A stretch of DNA of 64,000 nt from positions 2,763 through 66,762 of the IMG/VR virus record IMGVR_UViG_3300026132_000002. One strand, written 5' to 3'. Shown piece after piece: positions 48,675-56,957 of the stretch (the stretch's first letter is position 1; each line of letters begins with the position of its first letter). A program made the position numbers and the translations under genes. The notes beneath the pieces were generated by a model. The model searched no databases. It saw only the letters and a program-made list of their open reading frames with translations, and was not told the DNA's origin. Origin of the DNA: a virus.

Positions 48675-48701
48675 TGTAACCTGTACAAAAATGGTATATA
48701 A

Positions 48702-49118
48702 ATGGTCACTAACAAGATGCTTGCTTTTCTGGAAAAGCACGAAGGATTCCGCGCCCATATGTACAAGGACACACAGGGGATATGGACGATTGGCTATGGG
48801 CACAATCTGAACGAACCTATCAGTCGTGCCGCCGGTGCTGAGATACTGCGAGACGACGCTTTAGATACCGCTCAAGAGCTACAAAAAGTCGAGTGGTACA
48901 CTAAGCTGAACGAAGCACGCCAGCTTGCGATTTTTGACATGGGGTACAACATGGGTGTGGAAGAATTACTAAAGTTCCACGACATGATTGCCGCCATCAA
49001 AGCGCAAGACTGGAAGAAAGCTCACGATGAGGCGCTTGATTCGCTATGGGCAAAACAAGTTGGATATCGAGCCGAGGAAGACGCGGAGTTACTGTTGAAG
49101 GGGGAACTCCCTACGTAG
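48702..49118 (+). CDS. GH24 (T4-type) lysozyme / endolysin
   Basis: HEGFR..MYKDTQG.WTIGYGHNL catalytic E-D-T, DM.YNMG, A..E.LDS.WAKQV..RA. Confidence 0.93.
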   Translation: MVTNKMLAFLEKHEGFRAHMYKDTQGIWTIGYGHNLNEPISRAAGAEILRDDALDTAQELQKVEWYTKLNEARQLAIFDMGYNMGVEELLKFHDMIAAIKAQDWKKAHDEALDSLWAKQVGYRAEEDAELLLKGELPT

Positions 49119-49498
49119 TACAGGGGTTGTGCCCTGCCTGCTCTGTTCTTACTGCCGATTATACCTATAAGATGATTGGGGAATTGAAAAAACCCCCGAA
49201 GCTTCGGACTATGGGTGATCGGAAATGCAAAGTCAAGCAAGTCATTTCTACCCCGATTGCCGGGGTAGTCTGGAAGCTTTCAGAGTGCTGTTACTTGACC
49301 GGAGGCTTCCAAGTGCTTACCGTGAAAGGGTGGAAGAATATCAATGCCTGTGCGGGCTTACAAGCCCCTCAGGTGGGATTAAAAACCCTAGTTACTCTAG
49401 CGCCGGAACTTATCAAATTCCGAGGGATCATACTGGACTACCGGCTCAAGAAGGAAAGCCCGGTGGTGGTGGGCCAGTTACTTATTCGTCATGAATAA
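49046..49498 (+). CDS. Free-standing degenerate Hint (intein-like) domain protein; start uncertain
   Basis: GLCPACSVLTADYTYKMIGELK (block A), LTGGFQVLTVKGW (block B), GIILDYRL...VVVGQLLIRHE (blocks F/G). Confidence 0.6.
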   Translation: MGKTSWISSRGRRGVTVEGGTPYVVQGLCPACSVLTADYTYKMIGELKKPPKLRTMGDRKCKVKQVISTPIAGVVWKLSECCYLTGGFQVLTVKGWKNINACAGLQAPQVGLKTLVTLAPELIKFRGIILDYRLKKESPVVVGQLLIRHE

Positions 49499-49554
49499 GT
49501 AGGAAAGCGGTTACCACAAAAATTGACCCCTGTCAATAAAGCTCGTCAAATAAT

Positions 49555-49583
49555 TTGACTTCTATATGCCTAATCCTTATACT
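49555..49583 (+). promoter_or_regulatory. Sigma70-type promoter
   Basis: TTGACT-17 bp-TATACT upstream of the XRE gene. Confidence 0.85.
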
Positions 49584-49623
49584 AGGCCCTGTACTTGAAC
49601 GAGTTCTACCGCAGGAGGTATTT

Positions 49624-49905
49624 ATGAGAAGGACTTTTCACAGGTACTGGACGCCCGAGGAATTGGCGGCATGGCAGGAAATGCTGGACTTCAGCGATGA
49701 CAAAGCTGCCAAGGCTATCGGGCTCACCAGCGTGACGTACTATCGCCGTCTGTTGACCGGGAAGGCCCCGATCAACAAGCGCCTCGCTCAGAGTGCGCTG
49801 TATGTGGCAACCGTTCACGACCTGTACTCAGAAGTGCTTGGGAATATTCCTGAGCGACTCATTCCACCGAAAGCACCGCGTGTTCGCATGCGCGAAGCGG
49901 CCTGA
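49624..49905 (+). CDS. XRE-family helix-turn-helix regulator
   Basis: AGGAGG RBS; TPEELAAWQEMLDFSDDKAAKAIGLTSVTYYRRLLTGKAPI. Confidence 0.8.
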   Translation: MRRTFHRYWTPEELAAWQEMLDFSDDKAAKAIGLTSVTYYRRLLTGKAPINKRLAQSALYVATVHDLYSEVLGNIPERLIPPKAPRVRMREAA

Positions 49906-49908
49906 CCC

Positions 49909-49936
49909 AAAAGGGGGTACTTCGGTACCCCCTTTT
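49909..49936. terminator. Bidirectional Rho-independent terminator
   Basis: AAAAGGGGGTAC-TTCG-GTACCCCCTTTT between convergent genes. Confidence 0.92.
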
Positions 49937-50226
49937 TAATGGATCACCGGCTTTCTTTGATTGTAAAAAACAGAAGGAGCGAATGCCGCAAGGATATGTG
50001 AGAGGAACCGTTCTGCAGAAAAAGGAGATTCGGTTAGAAGGTCACGATATTTGTACCATGAGAATTTAGCCGCGACTTCCTTCCCTAAAAGCGCGGTCAT
50101 TTCCAAAGCAGCAATATAAAGCTCTTCTTGATCAGCTCGATCCAATTCCTCCGGGTAGTACAGGACACTTCCGAATATGTCCCGTACCAAATCTACTTGG
50201 AGAGAATGGATGCCCTCAGTATGCAT
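49936..50226 (-). CDS. Hypothetical protein
   Basis: 96-aa ORF ending at the terminator; AAGG RBS. Confidence 0.6.
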   Translation of the reverse strand: MHTEGIHSLQVDLVRDIFGSVLYYPEELDRADQEELYIAALEMTALLGKEVAAKFSWYKYRDLLTESPFSAERFLSHILAAFAPSVFYNQRKPVIH

Positions 50227-50410
50227 TGAACAACCTTTTTATAAGAGGGGCAATAATGCATGCAGACTCGTATATTGCGATTGCAATAGCAAAGATGAGA
50301 CCTGCAGAAAAGAGAAGGGCCAAGAAGCTACATAGGAGCCTTCCTCCCCAATCAACAATATTAGTCGGTCGCTTCATCCAGCAGAGACTGAATGGCATCA
50401 ATCGTTTCAT
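50216..50410 (-). CDS. Small membrane protein
   Basis: One long hydrophobic segment; start uncertain. Confidence 0.45.
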   Translation of the reverse strand: MKRLMPFSLCWMKRPTNIVDWGGRLLCSFLALLFSAGLIFAIAIAIYESACIIAPLIKRLFNAY

Positions 50411-50513
50411 AGCTCAATGAAATCTCTGCTGACATGGAACTTTCAAGAGCTTCTACACGCTCTCTAAGCGCGCTGAGCATATCCGTAATCTCAGACCGGG
50501 TATCCTCGTCCAT
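50361..50513 (-). CDS. Small acidic coiled-coil protein (50 aa, absent from ORF track)
   Basis: AGGAG RBS then MDEDTRSEITDMLSALRERVEALESS...EATD-stop. Confidence 0.6.
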   Translation of the reverse strand: MDEDTRSEITDMLSALRERVEALESSMSAEISLSYETIDAIQSLLDEATD

Positions 50514-50578
50514 CACTTTCTCCTAATCGTCAATACGAGTATAGAGGTAACTCATAGATACACAAACAAAGAGGACGA

Positions 50579-50878
50579 TCAATCGTCCTCTTCTTTACGG
50601 TTAGCTCCCCAATACTGCAGAAGTTCAATACCGTGGCGCAGATGGTTCAAATGCCCTACTCGGTTTTCTGCATCGATAAGACGAGCCAGCAACATCACAT
50701 CCAAGTCTTCCAAGAGTTTGATCGTAACGCGCAAAGCTTCTTCGGTAGCCGGACCATCATTGGAAACAATGACTTCCAAACGCTCGGTAATGCGCCCAAT
50801 CTCCCCATCCGATTCCTTGGAAAGAGTTGTAGCGAGGGAACTAAGAAGATTCTTGAACTTGGCTTCTTCTTTCAGCAC
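50579..50878 (-). CDS. Hypothetical helical protein
   Basis: GGAGG RBS, GTG start overlapping the kinase stop. Confidence 0.6.
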   Translation of the reverse strand: MLKEEAKFKNLLSSLATTLSKESDGEIGRITERLEVIVSNDGPATEEALRVTIKLLEDLDVMLLARLIDAENRVGHLNHLRHGIELLQYWGANRKEEDD

Positions 50879-51495
50879 GGGATTTTTCCTCCGGGTAATG
50901 AATTAGCAGCGGTAAGGGCAGCAATCTGGGTTTTGAACTCTTCCAGAGTGCCATCATTTCTAATGGTGTCAGTGATAACCGAATCAGGAACGCCATTTTC
51001 ACTGGCATGTGCCGGTACAGGGGAAGTCTCCGGGCGCTCAATCTTAATGACCCGACCTCCCATAGTCAAAATCGCCGCAGCCTCATTAGGAAACCGCAGA
51101 TCACTGATTACCACTTTCTGGTGGCCTGCAATTCGGGCCAGTAATATATTGACCCAGATATCTTCATTGATGATATTTCGTCCCCACTCAGTACCCAATG
51201 TCTGCAAGATAATACGAGCCGAGATAACGCGTGACTGTGAAAAGGGAAACATCAAGGGAGGGTTGTAATCAGGAATCGGGTCTTCCTTGTGATCATTGGA
51301 CAGATAATAATCTGCATCCACATTCCCATATTCCAGCATAACCCGTGCCATTGCATACAGCGGTTCTGCGAAGAAGAAATGCTTATACCCCAATTCCTTC
51401 AAAACGTGCGCAGCGGTGTCTTTCCCACTGTGAGCTTTTCCGGTGAAAGCAATAATATCGGGGCTACCAAAATCCAGTGACAACTGCTCTTCCAT
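50872..51495 (-). CDS. Deoxynucleoside monophosphate kinase
   Basis: FTGKAHSGKDT, FAEPL, R.ILQTLGTEWGR, VVISDLRFPNEA, HASE. Confidence 0.92.
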   Translation of the reverse strand: MEEQLSLDFGSPDIIAFTGKAHSGKDTAAHVLKELGYKHFFFAEPLYAMARVMLEYGNVDADYYLSNDHKEDPIPDYNPPLMFPFSQSRVISARIILQTLGTEWGRNIINEDIWVNILLARIAGHQKVVISDLRFPNEAAAILTMGGRVIKIERPETSPVPAHASENGVPDSVITDTIRNDGTLEEFKTQIAALTAANSLPGGKIPC

Positions 51496-51504
51496 GAGCG
51501 TCTC

Positions 51505-52164
51505 CTACTGTGTGGTGTTTAACCGGGCAATCATCCCTGATCGCACTGAATGAATTATATCATGCGTGTAGGTTTGGTCTTGGGGGACTGCCTCTTTAGC
51601 TCCCTCATAACCAAGGTTGTACGCCGTGATCATTTCACGCCACGTAAGACCTCGCTTCTGAAGCAAGAGACAGTACCCCAATGCCACACGAATATTGAAC
51701 TTGGGATTGGTCAAAAGAGAGGTGAGCACAATTTCCCGCAGGGTGTTCTGGTAGTCAGGGAACATCTTCGGGAAAGCATGAATCACATACATCGCGGTCT
51801 TGAGCTTGATCTGCATAATCCCGTAAGTGCGCTGCCCAAACGGGGCCTGCTGATTGCCAATCGGGCCAAACTTGCCTGCGCGAGTCTCCTTCCACATGAT
51901 CCCCATGAGCGCCTGAGAGAGGCTGTAAGGCTTTCCAATCTTCTTGGCTAGCATGAGGTAGTTATACTGAGAACTCGTCAGATTTAGCTTCTGAGGGCGT
52001 GTTAGGGCCTTCGGCACCGTTTGCATGGAAGGCGCCTCCACGGTTATCACTACCGGGACTGCCTTAACGCTATGAGTAGTGCTGGCATCAGGAATGCTTA
52101 ACCAAGTCATCGCACAAGCAATGACTATAAACGCCCCCAAGACAATCCAATGTTTCATGATCAA
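51505..52164 (-). CDS. Lytic transglycosylase (SLT) with N-terminal membrane anchor
   Basis: IMWKET (catalytic E), YGIMQIK, NPKFNI, AYNLG; N-terminal TM. Confidence 0.85.
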   Translation of the reverse strand: MIMKHWIVLGAFIVIACAMTWLSIPDASTTHSVKAVPVVITVEAPSMQTVPKALTRPQKLNLTSSQYNYLMLAKKIGKPYSLSQALMGIMWKETRAGKFGPIGNQQAPFGQRTYGIMQIKLKTAMYVIHAFPKMFPDYQNTLREIVLTSLLTNPKFNIRVALGYCLLLQKRGLTWREMITAYNLGYEGAKEAVPQDQTYTHDIIHSVRSGMIARLNTTQ

Positions 52165-52415
52165 CAGGGCTTGCCATAACGGGGCATCGGGAACTCAGCC
52201 ACCGGGTGCTGCGCATCATACTTGCGAGCCTTCTCCAAGCACTCTTCGATTTGACTTTTAGCGTTGTAGGCCACTTCCACGAAATCCCACAGACACTCCC
52301 TTCCCTTTTCACTCGGTTCAGTAAGCCTCTGCGCTTCGTCCTTATTTTTTATCTCTTCCAAAGCTTGCCAAGCTTTCAAGAACAATTCTATTTCCGGATA
52401 CATATGATCTTCCAT
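52161..52415 (-). CDS. Hypothetical protein
   Basis: AGGAGG RBS; 84 aa. Confidence 0.65.
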   Translation of the reverse strand: MEDHMYPEIELFLKAWQALEEIKNKDEAQRLTEPSEKGRECLWDFVEVAYNAKSQIEECLEKARKYDAQHPVAEFPMPRYGKPC

Positions 52416-52483
52416 AATGAATACCTCCTGTGAAGGATCAATATAGCATATTAACAGAAAAAGATGCTACCAATTAAATGTAA

Positions 52484-53179
52484 TTAGCGTGTAGAAACAA
52501 GCCACTGCTCTACACCTGCCATACGGCGCTCACGACGAGAACCAACAGGAGGGCGCGCTTTGATAGTGAAATTCTTCTGATCCGTCACCTGTGTCCAGTG
52601 ACCATCCTTGAAGACACCAATGTAGCCACCGCGCAGCAACTCAAAAGGCTTGTGAATGTGCTTCTGGAAGTCATAGGTAGTGCTCTTGTCCATTCCGAAC
52701 CACGCCGGGGTCACAAAGTCGCTCACTTTAGTTCCATCTATGTCGTAAGCGTAGGAATCATCTTCACAGGCATCACACACTTCCACCGCATACATATGAT
52801 GATTCGGGCCTTCCACCACCCGGTTGATCTGCGGGTCAGCCAGCAACTCCAAGATTTCATGAGAAAAGGTCACATTCCAGTTCATCCCGTAACGCTGATC
52901 ACTTCCTGCGAAAACCTTTCCTACCGGCATGTGCTCCTTGGTCATGTCGTGGTATCCCAGAGCACCCGCATGATCAGTATTGTCCAGAATCACCACCCAC
53001 GGCAGCTTGTGATTGAGCTTGTGCGGACCGTCCACGATTTCCAATGTAGGATTGCCTACATGCCAGAAACGAGAAAAGTCCCTACGAATCTGCTTCTGAA
53101 CAGCAGTCACGGCCTTGACCACTTCACTATCCATCAAGCGTTCATACTCATTGATAATCTGTAGCTTCTCAAAATGCAT
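52484..53179 (-). CDS. Putative zinc metallopeptidase-like protein
   Basis: ALGYH, SHEILELLADP, EVCDACE, VSDFVTP.WF. Confidence 0.65.
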   Translation of the reverse strand: MHFEKLQIINEYERLMDSEVVKAVTAVQKQIRRDFSRFWHVGNPTLEIVDGPHKLNHKLPWVVILDNTDHAGALGYHDMTKEHMPVGKVFAGSDQRYGMNWNVTFSHEILELLADPQINRVVEGPNHHMYAVEVCDACEDDSYAYDIDGTKVSDFVTPAWFGMDKSTTYDFQKHIHKPFELLRGGYIGVFKDGHWTQVTDQKNFTIKARPPVGSRRERRMAGVEQWLVSTR

Positions 53180-53189
53180 AGATACCTCT

Positions 53190-53429
53190 TCAAGTATTAA
53201 AAATAGTGCCCGGAGGTGCCCACTTGATATAGTTCCTCACCGCCATCAGCGCAAAGAAAACACAGATGAAGGCCAAGCTCCACTTGTGTTCAATGACAGC
53301 ATACGTGACCCAGATAGCTTCACCAATGAAACTCACGATAAAAGCCCATCGATGCTGATTCCCAACATTCCATTGAGCCACCAGAATGACAGCATTGGCA
53401 AACCAGCTAAGCCCATCAAGCCAATTCAT
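53190..53429 (-). CDS. Small 3-TM membrane protein (PnuC half-like)
   Basis: RWAFIVSFIGEAIWVTYA...WSL...RNYIKW. Confidence 0.6.
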   Translation of the reverse strand: MNWLDGLSWFANAVILVAQWNVGNQHRWAFIVSFIGEAIWVTYAVIEHKWSLAFICVFFALMAVRNYIKWAPPGTIFNT

Positions 53430-53688
53430 CGGTTTTCTCCACTACCGTAATCTTTCCATCAGGAGGAAGGCGCATGACCAGAACTCGTTCCCACCCCCAA
53501 CTTTTGATCACACGCTGAATAAAGTCCAAATCCTGTGCTCGAAAGTTACCCTTCAAACAAATGAACATGTCATCATGAATATCTAGGGTCTGGATTAGAT
53601 TTAATCCCTCAATCACCAAGGGAAATCCACTTTCCTCTTCTTCAACTTGTTGCGGTTTCTTTCGAAGCCACCACTGCATCGGCATCAA
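53416..53688 (-). CDS. Hypothetical protein
   Basis: ORF coupled to both neighbours. Confidence 0.55.
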   Translation of the reverse strand: MMPMQWWLRKKPQQVEEEESGFPLVIEGLNLIQTLDIHDDMFICLKGNFRAQDLDFIQRVIKSWGWERVLVMRLPPDGKITVVEKTDELA

Positions 53689-54181
53689 AAAAGTCCTCCA
53701 ATTGGGTTGATTTCTTCAGGTACAGCGGGTGACGAGGATTTCCACGCTTGGTGCGCCCGAAGCAACGAATGGATTTTTCCATTTGGGGGTTTTGCAAAAT
53801 CTCCAACACTTCCTTATCACGCCCCTTCAAGTCCCCTTTATCTCCCCACATGATTACCGTGGTCTCACAACCAATATTAGCGGCATGAATCCAGCCATTA
53901 TTCTCCGGTCCCACGGGGTCCGGACGGTGAAGCAGCAAAGAAGGGTCTGTAGAGCGCATAGCAAAGAGATTGACCATCATCAGGCCCCCATATCCCCATT
54001 CCTTGGCAAAGCTCATACAGCGGCGCACAGTCGGATCATCTGCATAGGCGTTCGCCGTGGAGGGATTTAGCCCCACGAACAAGACCAGATCACCCTCCCG
54101 ATTCCATCGGCGTAGCAACATATACCGATATAGACCGTCAGGAGAAATAGAAGCATCCCGAATCAAGGACGGATCACGCAT
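53642..54181 (-). CDS. DUF1643 family protein
   Basis: YRY.L.R.W, FVGLNPSTA...DDPTVRRC, NLFA.RSTDP, G.PRHPLY. Confidence 0.9.
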   Translation of the reverse strand: MRDPSLIRDASISPDGLYRYMLLRRWNREGDLVLFVGLNPSTANAYADDPTVRRCMSFAKEWGYGGLMMVNLFAMRSTDPSLLLHRPDPVGPENNGWIHAANIGCETTVIMWGDKGDLKGRDKEVLEILQNPQMEKSIRCFGRTKRGNPRHPLYLKKSTQLEDFFDADAVVASKETATS

Positions 54182-54366
54182 TAGTCTTCCCTTCCAAACT
54201 CAGCGTCTTTCTTGTGGGTATGCAATCCCACGACAAAACCAGCCATTTCCTTGTGAATCAGGGAAATAACATGTTCCAATTCAGCCGCCAACTCGACATT
54301 ACCCATTGTTCGACAGGACTTTGCCATCGTCTTCAGGATTGTAATGCTTTCCAACTCTTCCAGCAT
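54181..54366 (-). CDS. Hypothetical protein
   Basis: Coupled small ORF with AAGGA RBS. Confidence 0.55.
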   Translation of the reverse strand: MLEELESITILKTMAKSCRTMGNVELAAELEHVISLIHKEMAGFVVGLHTHKKDAEFGRED

Positions 54367-54367
54367 G

Positions 54368-54628
54368 TCATGAGTCCTTTAACCAATTGATGTTGACGCC
54401 TCCCCGCATTCCGAACACCAGAACCCACTCCGGAGAAGTATACGGTTTGTCCTCATAATCACTCTTTCGAAGAAGAGTTGCAGTCGGACCCCCGTACGTG
54501 GGAGGCTTTTGCTTGGCCCCAACATCCCGAGCTATCTCAAGAAACTTGGCCTGTGCCTCAGAAAGGCTTTCACAGGGCACATTCAATTTCTTGTACCCCG
54601 GAATGCTGATGGTCATGACTACTTTCAT
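54368..54628 (-). CDS. Hypothetical protein
   Basis: AAGGA RBS; 86 aa. Confidence 0.6.
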   Translation of the reverse strand: MKVVMTISIPGYKKLNVPCESLSEAQAKFLEIARDVGAKQKPPTYGGPTATLLRKSDYEDKPYTSPEWVLVFGMRGGVNINWLKDS

Positions 54629-54650
54629 CTAATTGTCCTTCTACACAAAA

Positions 54651-55289
54651 TTACGCTTGACAACCTGCAAACGCACGACCCGTGTATGAAGCTATCGTGT
54701 CGTACAAACTCTGCAGACTACGCGCCTGATGAATGGCATCATCAGTAGGATGATGAGGGATACCGGAAAACGGCACACGCGGAAGGAGACGCCGCTGCGC
54801 CTCTTGGCATACATCATAGTAAAACTGCTTCAAGACCCCTTCCACCGACCGCTGATCACATTTGTGGTTATAAGGCCAAGGAATCGATAGCCCATAATAA
54901 CGCGCATGAGCTTCCAGAATCGTGATATCGAAATCTGTCCCTCGCGCCCAGACCATAAGAGAATCGCCCTCTTCGGCAAGAAAGCTGGCACACCAAGAGA
55001 AGAATTGCTGCATTGCTTCCTTGGGTTTTAGGGTTTCACTTTCCGAAGGAAACGCCATATCCTGTGCTTCCTTGCTTTGCTCACTCCACCACTGCACGGT
55101 ATTCTGATCAGTGATGAAAGGCTCATCGTCGGTATACCCGGAAATAGCCACATAAAAGGAATGATCTTCCAGATAGGAAACAGGCTGCGGTCGGTAAGGA
55201 TTAAAACGGCATGCTCCAATGGAAAGCATGCGAGGCATCGGGGGCAGCCCCAACGTCTCTATATCTACCATGATGTGTACAAGTTCCAT
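54651..55289 (-). CDS. DEDDh 3'-5' exonuclease (Rv2179c-like)
   Basis: MVDIETLG, T..WW..QS, WARGTDFDI.IL, HHPTDDA.HQA. Confidence 0.9.
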   Translation of the reverse strand: MELVHIMVDIETLGLPPMPRMLSIGACRFNPYRPQPVSYLEDHSFYVAISGYTDDEPFITDQNTVQWWSEQSKEAQDMAFPSESETLKPKEAMQQFFSWCASFLAEEGDSLMVWARGTDFDITILEAHARYYGLSIPWPYNHKCDQRSVEGVLKQFYYDVCQEAQRRLLPRVPFSGIPHHPTDDAIHQARSLQSLYDTIASYTGRAFAGCQA

Positions 55290-55298
55290 TTGTATCTC

Positions 55299-55919
55299 CT
55301 AGAAACTGTAAGCATGCACCTTCTGCGGTTTGAACACTTGGTGATGAATCTGCTTGAAATCATCCTTTCCAAAGACTGCCCCTTTCATCTGGCGCAGACT
55401 TTCCATTGCGTCATAGCAATACTCCCAATCCAGTACAAAAGAAGGGAAATGAAGAAAGGTCATGGGAATAGAAAATCTGGAAAGGGTACAAATCAGGGAA
55501 TGCTCATACTCCAAGAGGACACGCTGCTGTTCATCCGGGTCATCCGTGCCAACGAGACCGCCGGGAATTGCCGAAGCTGCCAAGTCAGGATAAATCCTGC
55601 GGTGCCTGTGATGATGGTGAATCCGAGAGCCAGCCGCTTGTGTGATATCACGAACACAAATCAAGGCCAAGGACAAGTTCACCCCTCCGGAAGTGAGAAG
55701 TTCATGCCCGTATTCGCAGAAAGCCGGGTCTTTGACGATGAGCGGACTGCTTTCATCGAGCTTGCGAAGATCATGCTCCAACCCTGCTTGGCAGGTAGGA
55801 AGCCACGCTTGCTCAATATGGCCTGCAAAGCCGGTATCATACTGAAGCTCGGTCAGGAAATGCACCAGCGCCGAAGTACCTGCACGTCCCGTCCCTGAGA
55901 TAAGGATGTGCTCTTTCAT
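55299..55919 (-). CDS. Sulfotransferase-family protein
   Basis: ILISGTGRAGTS (5'-PAPS-binding loop), IVKDP, CVRD...AAGS (3'-phosphate binding). Confidence 0.75.
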   Translation of the reverse strand: MKEHILISGTGRAGTSALVHFLTELQYDTGFAGHIEQAWLPTCQAGLEHDLRKLDESSPLIVKDPAFCEYGHELLTSGGVNLSLALICVRDITQAAGSRIHHHHRHRRIYPDLAASAIPGGLVGTDDPDEQQRVLLEYEHSLICTLSRFSIPMTFLHFPSFVLDWEYCYDAMESLRQMKGAVFGKDDFKQIHHQVFKPQKVHAYSF

Positions 55920-55920
55920 A

Positions 55921-56100
55921 TCAGGAAAGCGTGTTCTTCAGTGTGTTCTTGTAGCCGTATTCCCACCCATCGGAAGCAATTGCAAGGAACAGGGTGAACC
56001 CCACGACCAGAATCACTAGGGGGAAGATCGTAAAAGCTGCCCCAATCAGGGACAGCAATCGGTAGAGGAATCTCCACGGTTGGGAGATTTTATCCATATC
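55921..56100 (-). CDS. Small membrane protein
   Basis: Hydrophobic segment LLSLIGAAFTIFPLVILVVGFTLFLAIA; start uncertain. Confidence 0.45.
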   Translation of the reverse strand, partial: DMDKISQPWRFLYRLLSLIGAAFTIFPLVILVVGFTLFLAIASDGWEYGYKNTLKNTLS

Positions 56101-56108
56101 AAAGTCCA

Positions 56109-56750
56109 TCAGTCCAACTCCATGAGTGCCTGCCACGCAACAGGGGCAACCTCTGCACAGTACGTGGCAATCTGCTCGGCATAAGCTCCCGTTTCCTTCT
56201 GGGCGTGGGAGTCAAGACGCTGCTTGCAAATACGGGCGTAGGCGTACAACGAGCCGGTTTCCACAAATTCCGTGTACATGGCTTGGGGGAGCAGCATCCG
56301 CGCCTGTTCCCGGCACACCCCCTGTTCCAAGAAGGCTTGATATAGCTGAACGCTCGCCCGGTAGAACTCTTCCACCTCCCTTGTAATGTACCTTTGGTAG
56401 TCCACCGGCTCATCACTGGACCCCTGCTTGACATTTTCCGCCTGTTTACGCCACACCTCCGGCACGAAGAACTCAGGGGTGTGATCAACATAGCGCCGTG
56501 ATTCCTCATTGCGAAGCAACCCCACGGTGCTTTTGTACCATTGCCGGGCTATGAAGATCGGCATCCTGATCCGGAACTGGAGCATCACATGCCCAAAGGG
56601 AGTCCAGTGATGATGGCGAGCCAGAAAACGGATAAGTTTCGCATCGGCATCACTGAATACCTTGGATTCCTTAGCCATAGAGACCCGCGCCGCGTTTACC
56701 ACCATCAGGTCGTTCCCCATAGAATTGATCAGTTGCACATCCTCTTTCAT
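56109..56750 (-). CDS. thyX: Flavin-dependent thymidylate synthase
   Basis: VVNAARVS, HWTPFGH, PIFIARQW, NEESRRY, EQARMLLPQ, R...HAQ.E. Confidence 0.95.
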   Translation of the reverse strand: MKEDVQLINSMGNDLMVVNAARVSMAKESKVFSDADAKLIRFLARHHHWTPFGHVMLQFRIRMPIFIARQWYKSTVGLLRNEESRRYVDHTPEFFVPEVWRKQAENVKQGSSDEPVDYQRYITREVEEFYRASVQLYQAFLEQGVCREQARMLLPQAMYTEFVETGSLYAYARICKQRLDSHAQKETGAYAEQIATYCAEVAPVAWQALMELD

Positions 56751-56753
56751 GTA

Positions 56754-56957
56754 TCACTCCTGCAGCATTCGCCGAGCACGGCTCAAGGTATTACGGATAT
56801 TGCGTACATTGGAATCACGGGTGCCATCCAGTACGAGTCGGGCGGTGCGGTCTTCTTTGGAAATCTCATAGATATAATGCTTGCCATGACGCAAAAACCG
56901 CATGTCTATTCCTTCCTTCGCTAACACCTTCTGGATTGGCCGGTGTGGTTTGAACAT
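56754..56957 (-). CDS. HicA-like small RNA-binding/toxin-fold protein
   Basis: TAATG-coupled start MFKPHR; RHGKHY, basic C-terminal helix. Confidence 0.5.
   Translation of the reverse strand: MFKPHRPIQKVLAKEGIDMRFLRHGKHYIYEISKEDRTARLVLDGTRDSNVRNIRNTLSRARRMLQE

Noticed and set aside
50361-50582. Possible frameshifted single gene
   Set aside because: The downstream part has its own AGGAG RBS and ATG at 50513, so no frameshift is needed
56109-56750. ThyX motif reads RQWYKS rather than RHR
   Set aside because: Phage ThyX proteins vary here and the other catalytic motifs (S.RY, R...HAQ.E) are intact
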